This document shows positions 28,630 through 38,813 of a DNA stretch of 64,000 nt, in pieces. The DNA is from Paragordius varius. Taxonomy: Eukaryota > Animalia > Nematomorpha. The stretch lies in the NCBI GenBank assembly GCA_964247055.1, contig OZ176054.1, positions 5,394,001 through 5,458,000 on the forward strand, written 5' to 3'. A program made the translations under genes and the position numbers. Numbering within the stretch: the first letter of the stretch is position 1; the number at the start of each line of letters is the position of its first letter. The notes beneath the pieces are model-generated. The model worked only from the letters and a program-made list of their open reading frames with translations. It searched no databases and was not told where the DNA came from.

Positions 28630-31527
28630 ATGAATCTCCAATATAAAATAGAAGTTTTAGAAAAAGAAGATCAGATTCTTAGAAAATATATTAATGATAA
28701 CAACTTACCCATTTATGCAGCATGTAATGATATGTGTCCAGAAAAAGAAAGGTATTTGCGACAGATTCGTAAGCAGGTCAGTATATTTGAAACCGAAAAT
28801 TTTGAAGCCGCCTTTTTTGGAAATAAAAAATCCGACTATATATTAGATCCATATAAAGCTATAAAACAATATAGTCGATCAGCCGCCGATCAAGATCAAC
28901 CCCTTCCTACGGAAATAAGAACAATCGTGACACTCGACTATACCATAAATTATCTAGTAACTAACATAATGGGTAATGAGGTTTGCTTATTACACAGCAA
29001 TTTATACGGTGATTATTATAATTTTATTTGGAGTAGGACAAGAGCTATTCGAAAAGACATTGTGCAACAATTGAATTTCGAGAATGAAAATGAATATTCT
29101 CAAAAATTAATCGCTATTTCAATATTGGAAAAATGTGTTAGGTGGCACATATTTTGCGGATATTATTTTTGCCAAGCCAGTCCTGATATTTTTGATGCCA
29201 AACTTAACGATGAACATTTAACAAAATGTTTACATGCCTTACGTCAATACTATTCCGATTTACATTCATACTCAAATATTAAAATTACCAACGAATCGGA
29301 ATTCCAAGCTTATTTTATCATGTTAAATTTTGATTTAAAACACGGTGACGTTATAAGCAACATATCGAATATGCCTTTGGAACTACTATCATCTAAACCC
29401 GTGTTATTGGCATTGGATTTATTCAAAAACTTCCATTTAGGAAATTATGACCGATTTTTTAAGTTGATTAAACGAGCTTCATTCTTAACGTGTTGCATCA
29501 TACATAGGTACTTGTATCGTTTTCGATTAGTTTCAATGGAAAAAATTATTTTCGCCTATAAGGGTCTCCCGTTAACCAATGATTCAAAGATACGTAAATT
29601 CGTTTTATTTCCCACACAATGGCTTTCTCACCTCTTATTTTTTGATGATATCCCCTATACGCAATATTTTTCACAACAAAATGATTTTATCCAAGAATCA
29701 TTGTACCTTTGTATCACCAATACCGACGCAATACTACTGCAAGAAAATGATGATGAAAGTGTTCCCACTCTTATCGAACGACAGTTTGAGCGAGAAACAT
29801 TTTTTGACACATTTATTTTGCCAGATAAAATTTATAAAGTTGCTGGTTACATATATGGTTCTGAGGTGATACCAACACTCCCTCCACACATTCCTACAGA
29901 TTCCTTTAGGGAACCAGAGAAAAACATTAATGTTGATAGCTTTGACGAGCAAATCCCCCCTGAGGAATATATAAATACCAATGATACTAAAACGGTAATC
30001 GATACAAGTTTCCTTATTAATAACCTTATAAATGAGCTTTTGGATGAATTAACATGTGAAATTATACCGCCTCTTATTAAACCAAAACGGCATAAGTCAT
30101 TTAACTCTAAAGTTGTAGTCGAATCAATATATAATTCTTTAGTTGTGGAATTTTGTAACCAAATTTCCAGACATGTTATGTTAGAATTTAGGGCACAGCA
30201 AATATATAATGAACTCATAGATGATATCATTTATGAATGCTTGAAGAGATGTTTGAAGAAAACCAATTTTGCCGCAATAATAAATTATGCAGATTCTATG
30301 GATCTGAATAAATATGTTAAACGGAAACATAGATACCGTATGACCTCAAATAAAATTAATCGAAAAGAGGATGATGCAATGCCATATTTTTCTGTGATCA
30401 AATGTTTAAATATAAATAATCCCATGCTAACTAAGAGTCGCAGTTTAAATTCTGTAATCTATCATGATAAACCTTGTCTGTTATCAATGGAATTGTCTCC
30501 CTGTGTTAATGATGAAAACAGATTAAATGTGAATGAATATTATATAAACATAAATGCTCATATTCCAAGTTGCAATATTACGGATAGGGAAACTATTCAA
30601 AACTATTTCGAGATTACTTCAGATGAAACTGCTCCCAAAGAATCTAAATATTCCATCAATATTTTAAATCAAAAGTATTATTTTACTGTTTTTATCCAAC
30701 TTGATTACGATCATAAAAAATGTAATAACTCTCATATAAATCTCGAAATCTATCCACTACTCGGCCTTCCACCTAAACAAACCATATCGTTGGATTATAT
30801 CAGGGCATCGAAAAAGACATTTATATGGCATTTACAAAATATTTTGGCTGCTACAAGCTCACCACGCCCCAACAACTTATTATTTAATCAAATAATATTT
30901 TCATGTTTGGCGGAAAGGCATTACCAAAAATTTCGATACATTCATGCTCATATAATTTTAAATGCTTTTATAACCAAAATATTGAAATGCTTCTACACAC
31001 ACATCCAATATCATTGCTATAATAATGAGCAGGATGACGATACAACACTAACAACACATTTAGATTGGAAACCTTCTACATTGGTTCGATTCGTTAACCT
31101 TATATGGGATTCTTTCATTCAAAAACTATTCTTTCTATTGAAAAATCAAACTTCTTCTATACCGCCTCATTTGGCCTACCTCACTCTCAGAATCAATAAT
31201 GACAGTTTTCAAACTATATTGTCAACTTTGCAAAACGTGAAAATTGGTGATTATGGACAACTCTTGGATCAAGTTAAGTGCTTTGATGATTTATCCATAA
31301 TAAGTGAATTTATCAATCAAAATGTCATATTCTTTTCAGTTATGTCTGAATTTAAAAATTATCCAATAAATAACTGGGGCCAAATATTTTACACATATTT
31401 AGAAAAAGTTTTACGATATTTAATCAACGAAATTACGGTATCCTTTATTTTTTGTACGCAAGATAATGATCTCTCAGTAGATTTTGAAACTCCTAATATC
31501 CCCTCACCCGATATTCTCCACATTTAA
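28630..31527 (+). CDS. SAC3/GANP-domain protein (TREX-2 scaffold, GANP/MCM3AP/Xmas-2-like), intronless, ~965 aa
   Basis: Single long ORF. SAC3/GANP motifs ACNDMCPEKERYLR, AIKQYSRSAADQ, FIWSRTRAIRKDI, ILEKCVRWHI, NESEFQAYFIMLN, NYDRFFKLIK. A helical region (NLINELLDEL...QQIYNELIDDII) sits where the Sus1/centrin-binding CID lies in this family. First in-frame ATG is at 28630. Confidence 0.88.
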   Translation: MNLQYKIEVLEKEDQILRKYINDNNLPIYAACNDMCPEKERYLRQIRKQVSIFETENFEAAFFGNKKSDYILDPYKAIKQYSRSAADQDQPLPTEIRTIVTLDYTINYLVTNIMGNEVCLLHSNLYGDYYNFIWSRTRAIRKDIVQQLNFENENEYSQKLIAISILEKCVRWHIFCGYYFCQASPDIFDAKLNDEHLTKCLHALRQYYSDLHSYSNIKITNESEFQAYFIMLNFDLKHGDVISNISNMPLELLSSKPVLLALDLFKNFHLGNYDRFFKLIKRASFLTCCIIHRYLYRFRLVSMEKIIFAYKGLPLTNDSKIRKFVLFPTQWLSHLLFFDDIPYTQYFSQQNDFIQESLYLCITNTDAILLQENDDESVPTLIERQFERETFFDTFILPDKIYKVAGYIYGSEVIPTLPPHIPTDSFREPEKNINVDSFDEQIPPEEYINTNDTKTVIDTSFLINNLINELLDELTCEIIPPLIKPKRHKSFNSKVVVESIYNSLVVEFCNQISRHVMLEFRAQQIYNELIDDIIYECLKRCLKKTNFAAIINYADSMDLNKYVKRKHRYRMTSNKINRKEDDAMPYFSVIKCLNINNPMLTKSRSLNSVIYHDKPCLLSMELSPCVNDENRLNVNEYYININAHIPSCNITDRETIQNYFEITSDETAPKESKYSINILNQKYYFTVFIQLDYDHKKCNNSHINLEIYPLLGLPPKQTISLDYIRASKKTFIWHLQNILAATSSPRPNNLLFNQIIFSCLAERHYQKFRYIHAHIILNAFITKILKCFYTHIQYHCYNNEQDDDTTLTTHLDWKPSTLVRFVNLIWDSFIQKLFFLLKNQTSSIPPHLAYLTLRINNDSFQTILSTLQNVKIGDYGQLLDQVKCFDDLSIISEFINQNVIFFSVMSEFKNYPINNWGQIFYTYLEKVLRYLINEITVSFIFCTQDNDLSVDFETPNIPSPDILHI

Positions 31528-31840
31528 AAGTCTTAGCGCTTAATATATTTATTTATACTTTATATTTAAAGCATATTAATAAATTTTCCTGTATAGAATG
31601 TATAATCACCGATGTAATTTTGATATCAGTCGGTTTTGATTGGCCGAATTTTTATTCTGTGAGAGAGAAAGCCTCAAAATAAATAATTGGTAGAAAAATA
31701 GTTATTTATAACGGCACTAGGCCAATGAATTGGGAAATAAGAAATTTATTATAGGTATATTATTTTTTCTGATCGCCATCTAGATAAACTAACGTTTATG
31801 ACTATATTTTAGTTTGTTAAAATAAAAATATATTGGAATA

Positions 31841-32599
31841 CTAGCTGTGCCTGTCCGACATTCTGACAGTCGACGATCTTATTGGCAATCAAATGAATTA
31901 GTCACATAAACGTATTTAATGTGGCCTTGACTATGGCTAATTTTAAAATACTCTGCTGCCTGAATTTATTCTTTTAAAAGTGAAATAACTAGTGTCATTA
32001 TTGTATACGGGTTGTCGCACAAGCTTAAAATATTATCCCAAGCCATTTTTTTATATATAGACGCATGTTTAATATGCGGTTGCAGCCATGCACTAATTTT
32101 TGAAAATAACGTGGGTTAAATATTTGCTTTTAAATGAAAAATAACTTGTGTATGGGCGTATTTAAAATAAAAGACTTACCAGGGGTCAATTTCAAAAAGC
32201 GCTAGATTAAATTTTTTTGCCTTTTTACATAGAATAGTAAAACCATTACTGATTTTATAGTCAACTCGGGCGAAAAATTACTTTAAGATCCGGTTATTGT
32301 TTGGCCTATTTTTTAGAGGGTTGAGCCTTAAGCTGCTGCTTATTAAAAAAGCAATATACCAAAATTTTTTCTTTATATTAGAATTTGTTAATAGAATCCT
32401 ATTCACCCCAGCTATTATCGGCGCTTTCACGAATATAAAAAATTTTACCTTTGAATATGAATGGGCCTTAACGTTTTGCCGGAAAAATACCTAGCCAACA
32501 AGGCTCGTATTAGCTATCCAAATAAAAAAATATGTATATAAGTACCTGATGGTTTCATAGAAACTCTGCATTTATACCCTAAATAAGCATGTTTATAGA
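31841..32599 (-). mobile_element. Older degenerate Helitron fragment related to the array family
   Basis: Minus-strand 3' end CTAG|T at 31841-31844 next to an imperfect CTGTC...GACAG stem. Internal AATTTTTTTGCCTTTTTAC motif (~32212) shared with 32653-34286. The 5' boundary (A|TCTATAAAC at 32599) is weak. Confidence 0.4.
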
Positions 32600-32652
32600 T
32601 GTCACTGAAGTCAAGATGAAAAAAGACTATAAAATTATGCTTTTATACTTTA

Positions 32653-34286
32653 CTAGCTGCCCTGTCACGCTTCGCTGTGATGTAGTTTCACCGATAATTA
32701 TTTTTAATAATTTGCAATAAATAGAGGTAATGGAGATAAAAATAATAAAAAACATTTAATAAAAAGAATGCTTCAATTATTCTTTTACGGGTTTGCATAG
32801 GCTCAAATATTGTTTACTCGAAATTGATCATATTGTCCCTTAAAGTTAATCAAATATATTTAGATTTATTTTTTTTCGTTTTACAAAATCATGGTTAAAT
32901 ATTTTGAAATTGTGTTCACACAGCTGGGATCAAGGGATATAAAAAGTAAATCATCTGTGATCCCCTTTTAAAGGAAAAAAATGATATTATACAAATTACC
33001 CAGAAATGCGTTTAACTGAACTCGTATAGCCTCTTATGTTTTTTGAAAATTAGCTTCAAAACCACCTCATTTTTGTATGGCGTCTCAGTTTTAAACGGGA
33101 AGACCCCTAACCATAGACCTCTACGAAAAAAGCGCTGAGTTAAATTTTTTGCTCTATAGGATAGGGGATCTTTGATTCCATCTTCTCATGGGCCATTCGA
33201 AATACCTCAACACTAAATAATCGCTATACGATGGCGTATTTTTAGGGGCAGAGAGGCCCCAAATTAACGGCTAATTAAAAAAGCCCGACCTTTATTTCTA
33301 TCTAGTTATGGGTAATATTTCAAGCTTTTAATGGACTCATATGACTTCATAAATTTTCTGTATATTAGCTCCAAAACAATGCAATTTCTATATAGTGCAG
33401 TTTTTGGCGGGTAGCTCCCTACAGGGGCAGGTATAAAAAAGCATTAGACAAATTTTTGCCTTTATATGGGGCATATCTGAAATTATCATGGATTTCATAT
33501 GTTCCTATTAGTCTCTTAGGTTCTCTGAAAAATGGCTCCAAATGCATGCTCTATCGATATCATGACACAATTTACGCGGATAGTACCCTAACCATAGGCA
33601 AAACAAAAAACGCTCGATTAAAATTTTTACCTTAATTCGGATAATACCTAGAATCATGATATTGATTTCATATGCTCTCGTGGGTTTTTCGAAAAATTGT
33701 CAAAACCAAAAAGTCATTCTATGGTGGCGAATTTCAGGGCAAGGGCCTATTTAAGGGGTAATTTATTAAACCGCTCTACTTAATTTTTTGCCTTTTTACG
33801 GGCAATATATCAAGCAGCTATTGAACTCATATTGCCTGATAGGTTTTCTGGAATTTAGCCACAAAGGCATGCTATTTCAATATGATGGGCCAGTTTTTAG
33901 CGGGTATCTCCTTACCCAGCAGCCAATATAAAAAAACGCACCACTAATATTTTTGCCTTTTAACAGGGAATACATGGAATCCTTATTGAATTTTTACGGT
34001 CTCATACCCTGGACCAAAAATAGATTCAAAAAATTATTTTTATGGACTTTTTAAAAATGGCATTTTACGGGGGGACCGGGTAAAAAGAAGGCCTAAATTA
34101 AAAAAGCGAGCCGATTATGTTCGGCGCAATCGAAAAAAAGTAAAAAAATTCACATTTGAAATCGAATGATCCAATCTTAAAATTTCAAAAAACCATTTAT
34201 ACACGGGGTGGGCCCGAACTGGGGGCCCAATTCAAAAAAGGGCGAAGCTATTGTCGGTGCATCCATGATTTATTAAGAGTAGTAGA
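32653..34286 (-). mobile_element. Non-autonomous Helitron (~1.63 kb) with both termini; its 5' ~400 bp is homologous to the big array monomer
   Basis: Minus strand: A|TCTACTACTCTTAATAAATC... at 34286, and ...TCACAGCGAAGCGTGACAGGGCAG-CTAG|T at 32653. 33895-34258 shares CCGACAATAGCTTCGCCC, CCCCCAGTTCGGGCCCACCCCGT, TTTCGATTGCGCCGAACATA, TATTCCCTGTTAAAAGGCAAAAAT and GCTGCTGGGTAAGGAG with the array. Confidence 0.75.
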
Positions 34287-34888
34287 TCGTGTGGCAGATC
34301 ATTAGACATACCGATTAGAATGGATGCTAATCATCAGATATAATATATTAACTCTGGTTGGAATGAGGATGTAGTATAATTTATTATTATATCTTTTAAA
34401 ACAGGGGTAACCAACACAAATGGCTTAGTGGGCCGCATCTTTGACTCAAAAACACAAGCTGTACAAATATTAAAAAACCAATATCACTCAATATTTTGAA
34501 AAATAAAGATATATTTTCAATATCAAATAATTTCTTCAAATAAAATCAATTCCGGATGAAAGTAGTTTTTCGAAAATTCTACGATAATATTCCAGCAATT
34601 AAACCATATAATAGCAACAATCAAATATTTCAAAAATCAAAATAAGTCAGCCAATAATATTTGATATTTCTAACAGTTAATATATAAATCAAATCATTAC
34701 AAAATCATATTGTTTCAAAAATATTTGAATCACTACAATCAGATAATTTTCGCCACAATAAAATTATGTCATTGATAGACGACGTATGGAAAATTAAAAT
34801 TTTGACATCTATTATGAACTAAAATCAACAGTAAAACAATAATAGTTCATTGTATTGAGGATATAATTTAAAAATTAAGTGTATAAGT

Positions 34889-36914
34889 CAGTGGTACTCA
34901 CGAAAAAAATTTGACGGGCCAAATAAAATATATATTTTTTTCGAGGGCCAGAATCTTATAATGGCAAATATTCCATAGCTATTTGACACATATGCACATA
35001 TTTATACTCTTAATCAGCACAATTAATTTTTTGCGAATCGCATGTTCCAACTAAAAACTCGTTTTGCACCATTTAGTTTTAAAAATAAAATATTTTGATA
35101 ACAACATTTATTTTTATATTAACCAATAATTTTTGACAAATTTGGTTTCGCCTCATGATAGACCAATCTTAATACGTCGTCCATATGATTATCGGTTAAA
35201 CGATTTCTGTATCCATTCTTGAGATACCTTATTTTTGAATATCCTGTCCACGGGTAACTTGAGAAAAAAACAGTTAGGATAACTTGAGCACATTTTTTTA
35301 TATTTTCATATTTTTTTGGCACATCTTGACAAAAACATACATATCTTTCTTCTCTTCGATTCTCCTTATATATAGCCTCCGAATCGGAATCATTTTTAAA
35401 TCTACGAATTCTTCAATGATATGCGCCTGATCAAAACCGAGATGCTCAAGTTGCTTAATATTGGATATATCCATACCATGGATTTTCCACAAGTTTTAAG
35501 CAATTTTTAATATTTCTGAGTTCTTCAAAATCTGAATTTCATTTCATTAGATAAAAATGCTAAATGACTGTCTATTAATGTTGGAAAATATAGGAGTGTT
35601 TTATTTATAAATTCTTGTTTGTATATTATTAATTTTTCTTGAAAAGCAAATATTTGATTAGCAAATTGGGTTATTTATTTTGCTCCCTTGAAAACTTGTA
35701 TTAAGACTAAGTCTATAAGTAAATGTCGCTAAGGTAGGCAATAAAACCCACCATTGGTCACTATTAATTTCCTCGTCAAACTTTCTGTTATCTATTATAA
35801 ATAATACAATCTTATGTCTTAAAACAAAAAATCTATTTAATACTTTGCGAGTAGCCATCTAGCGGTGTACAAAAGAATATCATCAAACTCACTGTGAATA
35901 TCTTTCAGAAGGTTTAGAATTTATGGCTGTTAAATTCTCTCGGATGTGGTTAACTATATCCACAACCGTTTTAATTACTGAATTGAGTGATTCATCTTTT
36001 ACATCGAAACCAAGTTTTGCTGTTGAGTAAATATTTTTCAAATTATATTTGTGTTTCAAAAGAGGGATAAATCCTCTGTTTCATAGAGGAACAACCATCT
36101 GTGCAGATCGAAACAAATTTTTTTCATAGATATACCATTATTAACGAAAAAAGTGCTACCACTTTCTTTTATTAGTTGGGAATCAGTTAACGGTTCCATA
36201 TTTTTTCCTAAAATATAACAAATTTCATACGAAGCTAATGTTACAGCTTTTCCTGGGAGAAAGCTATAAAAATAATAGTTTTCTTTCTGGTATAATTCCT
36301 TAATTTTTTATTTTTTTTCGTTTCTTTCCTCATGATTTTCTGGTAATTAATGAGAATGATGGATTGTAAAATGTCTTTCAATATTGTATTTTTTTAATTA
36401 TGTTGTCCTTGCATATAAGGCAGGTATCAACATTTTTAAAAACGACAGAGAATTTTTCTTCCCATTGATGTCACCCTTTGAATTTATATTTAAATATTAT
36501 GTAAATTTTTGCAAAAAATAGGAAAATAATTTAAATTATGCTATAAAAAATAGGTATGATGTTGATTTGAAAAATGCAAGTTTGGGTGAAAAGCTTGCTT
36601 AAATACAAAAAAGGAATTCAATAAAAATTTCAAAATGGAAAAAAAATAGAATACAGAAACAGAGACAACGTGTGCCAAAATTTTGAAATCATTTTATGCA
36701 GGGAAATTTTTCTACCAAATTGGGTAAAAAATAGAAATTACGAATTAGATTTAAAGAAAATAAGTTAATATTAAAATAAGCGAAAATTCGTTTATGTGTA
36801 TTTTAAAAATTCATCAATAAAAAAAATAATTTAAGTATCAATATGGTCATAGGGCAATTTTAAAGCACTCTTAGGGCCGCATGCGGCCCGCGGGCCGCGG
36901 TTTGAGCATCACTG
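34889..36914 (-). mobile_element. hAT DNA transposon, Buster/SPIN-type, decayed
   Basis: Imperfect TIRs CAGTGGTACTCA / TGAGCATCACTG. Exact 8-bp TSD GTATAAGT (34881-34888 and 36915-36922), fitting the Buster nnnTAnnn preference. Subterminal GCGGCCCGCGGGCCGCATGCGGCCC. Confidence 0.9.
35119..36470 (-). pseudogene. Disrupted SPIN/GTF2IRD2-like hAT transposase
   Basis: N-terminal QWEEKFSVVF...TCLICK...YNIERHF (frameshifted) and C-terminal dimerisation-like FFSSY...SKIRYLKNGYRNRLTDNHMDDVLRL...KPNLSKII. Multiple stops and frameshifts. Confidence 0.8.
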
Positions 36915-37004
36915 GTATAAGTGCTTAAGTATACCATTACTTAGGTGCGTTTGTGCCAACTTAGGTAGATTTTGACGTGAAACAACTTTATAGGGAAAAT
37001 TTGT

Positions 37005-37378
37005 TCAAAAATTTATTTTTTAGAAAATTTTGTTAAAGCGTATTTCACCCTATTTTTAGGCATGACGGAAACGGTATATATTCGCTTTTATACAAACACT
37101 TATTCTATATAATTTTATCATGCTAAGTATTTTTATTACATGAGAATTTTGATTTTATTATTCGTTCGTCCTTGAATTTATGTCAAATTTAAATTATGCT
37201 TTTATAGGAATTCACCAAAATTTGAAAGTAAACTAGTCATGAAATTAATATTCTAAAGCGATAGAAATGTTCAAAAAAAATATGTTTTTCCAACGTTTTT
37301 ATCATGCCTAAAAGTAGTATGAAGTACGCCTCAACAAAATTTTGCTAGGAAATAAATTTTTGTAATAAATATACATTA
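37005..37378. repeat. Degenerate foldback/MITE-like inverted repeat (~80-bp arms); a partial related copy lies near 60515-60590
   Basis: CAAAAATTTATTTTTTAGAAAATTTTGTTAAAGCGTATTTCACCCTATTTTTAGGCATGA (~37007) is an imperfect reverse complement of TCATGCCTAAAAGTAGTATGAAGTACGCCTCAACAAAATTTTGCTAGGAAATAAATTTTTG (~37302-37362). Confidence 0.55.
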
Positions 37379-38187
37379 AAAAATGATTTTGCGATAATAT
37401 TTAAATAATTGGCCGATCTTGAGCGAAATAATTCGAAACTTTCGGAGCACACCTAAAAAATTAAAATATTTTTAAAATATTATTTTGCTTTTTATATGGA
37501 GCTTGGGATGTATTTTAGTGATTATTTTGTGAAGCCTTTACCTGCCACCAAAAAATTTATTTAAAAAATGTGCGAAAATTCCCATTTTATGATATGAAGC
37601 ACTTACCACAAAAATGTACATAGCCTTATATCACTCGTAAGAGCCAAAACCAAAAGGACCATAATTCTGATACCTTTTCCTTTCAGAATATATATATATA
37701 TATACTTAATCAGGTTACCCCCGATTTTGGATGCAGTGTTTTGCTTTTTTTTAAAAAAAGTGTTAAATAAAAAACATTTCAAACTTTTTTCGCCGATTTT
37801 TTCAATTTTTTTTAAATGGCTAATGCAACAGGCAAATAAATATATATGGATAAAAAATGTATAACTTGAAAAGCTAGGCTACTTTTATTATATTTTAAAT
37901 TTAATATCAGCTGTTCGTTTAAATCGTGTTTCGGAGCTTTCTCACTTTAAACTCTAGAAGTCACAAAACTGTAAAAATATAACCTTTTTATTTTATACAT
38001 AGGAGCCATTTATAATTAAATTTAATTTAAATATACAAGCTCTTACTAAAAAAGTTAGAAAATGTCCATTAATTTTGTGATCTGTATCGAGCATCACCAC
38101 AAAATCGCTAATTTTTATATCAATTGTCAGCAAAACTAAAAGCACAATGAGAATTATCATACAATTATTTGCCATAATATATATTAA

Positions 38188-38754
38188 CACTTGGATACAA
38201 CACACTCATTTTCGTCCTTCGATTCAAATTGTGGTAGTTGGATACCCCAGGCTTGTTTAATATCAAATACTTTACAAAGTATGGAAGCAAACGAAACCAT
38301 GGGAAAATTTTGCACTTATATAACATTATTAAACCGAAATATATAAAAAAAATTATTCAAAAATACTTGATATTTTATTTTGAGCTAAAACTGAAAGGTA
38401 AAAATTTAATGTGTCAAATTGTAAAATTAAAAAATAATAAAAAATAAACCGCTTTTTCTATTTCTATCAATGTTGAAGTAATTTATATAAGAAATAAGCC
38501 TTAGTTTTACCCTTAAAATTAAATGAAGACGATATTTTGCAAAATTTTTGCAAAATAAAAATGGTGTCAAAGTAGTTTGAGATGGAACCTTTTTTAAAAA
38601 ACAAAATTTTATTAAGATATTTTGGCATATTTATATAATATTTATCAGGATAGAAGCATAAATTCAAATTGGGACCGTTTTCTTCAGTAGATTTTTAAAA
38701 ATTTTAATTTAAATTAGTCTGGGGTATTTGGATACCCCAATTTAAATCGAAGTG
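38188..38754 (+). mobile_element. TTAA-flanked (piggyBac-like) MITE, copy 1
   Basis: TTAA|CACTTGGAT...ATCGAAGTG|TTAA. Colinear and highly similar to 43729-44310. Confidence 0.8.
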
Positions 38755-38786
38755 TTAATCAGTATCTCTGCACATTTTTGTCCCAA

Positions 38787-38813
38787 ATATATATATATAT
38801 ATATATATATATA
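38787..38813. repeat. (AT)n microsatellite
   Basis: Perfect AT run. Confidence 0.9.

Noticed and set aside
29579-30230. Short ORFs overlapping the SAC3/GANP gene
   Set aside because: Alternate-frame or antisense shadows of the long ORF, with no motifs.
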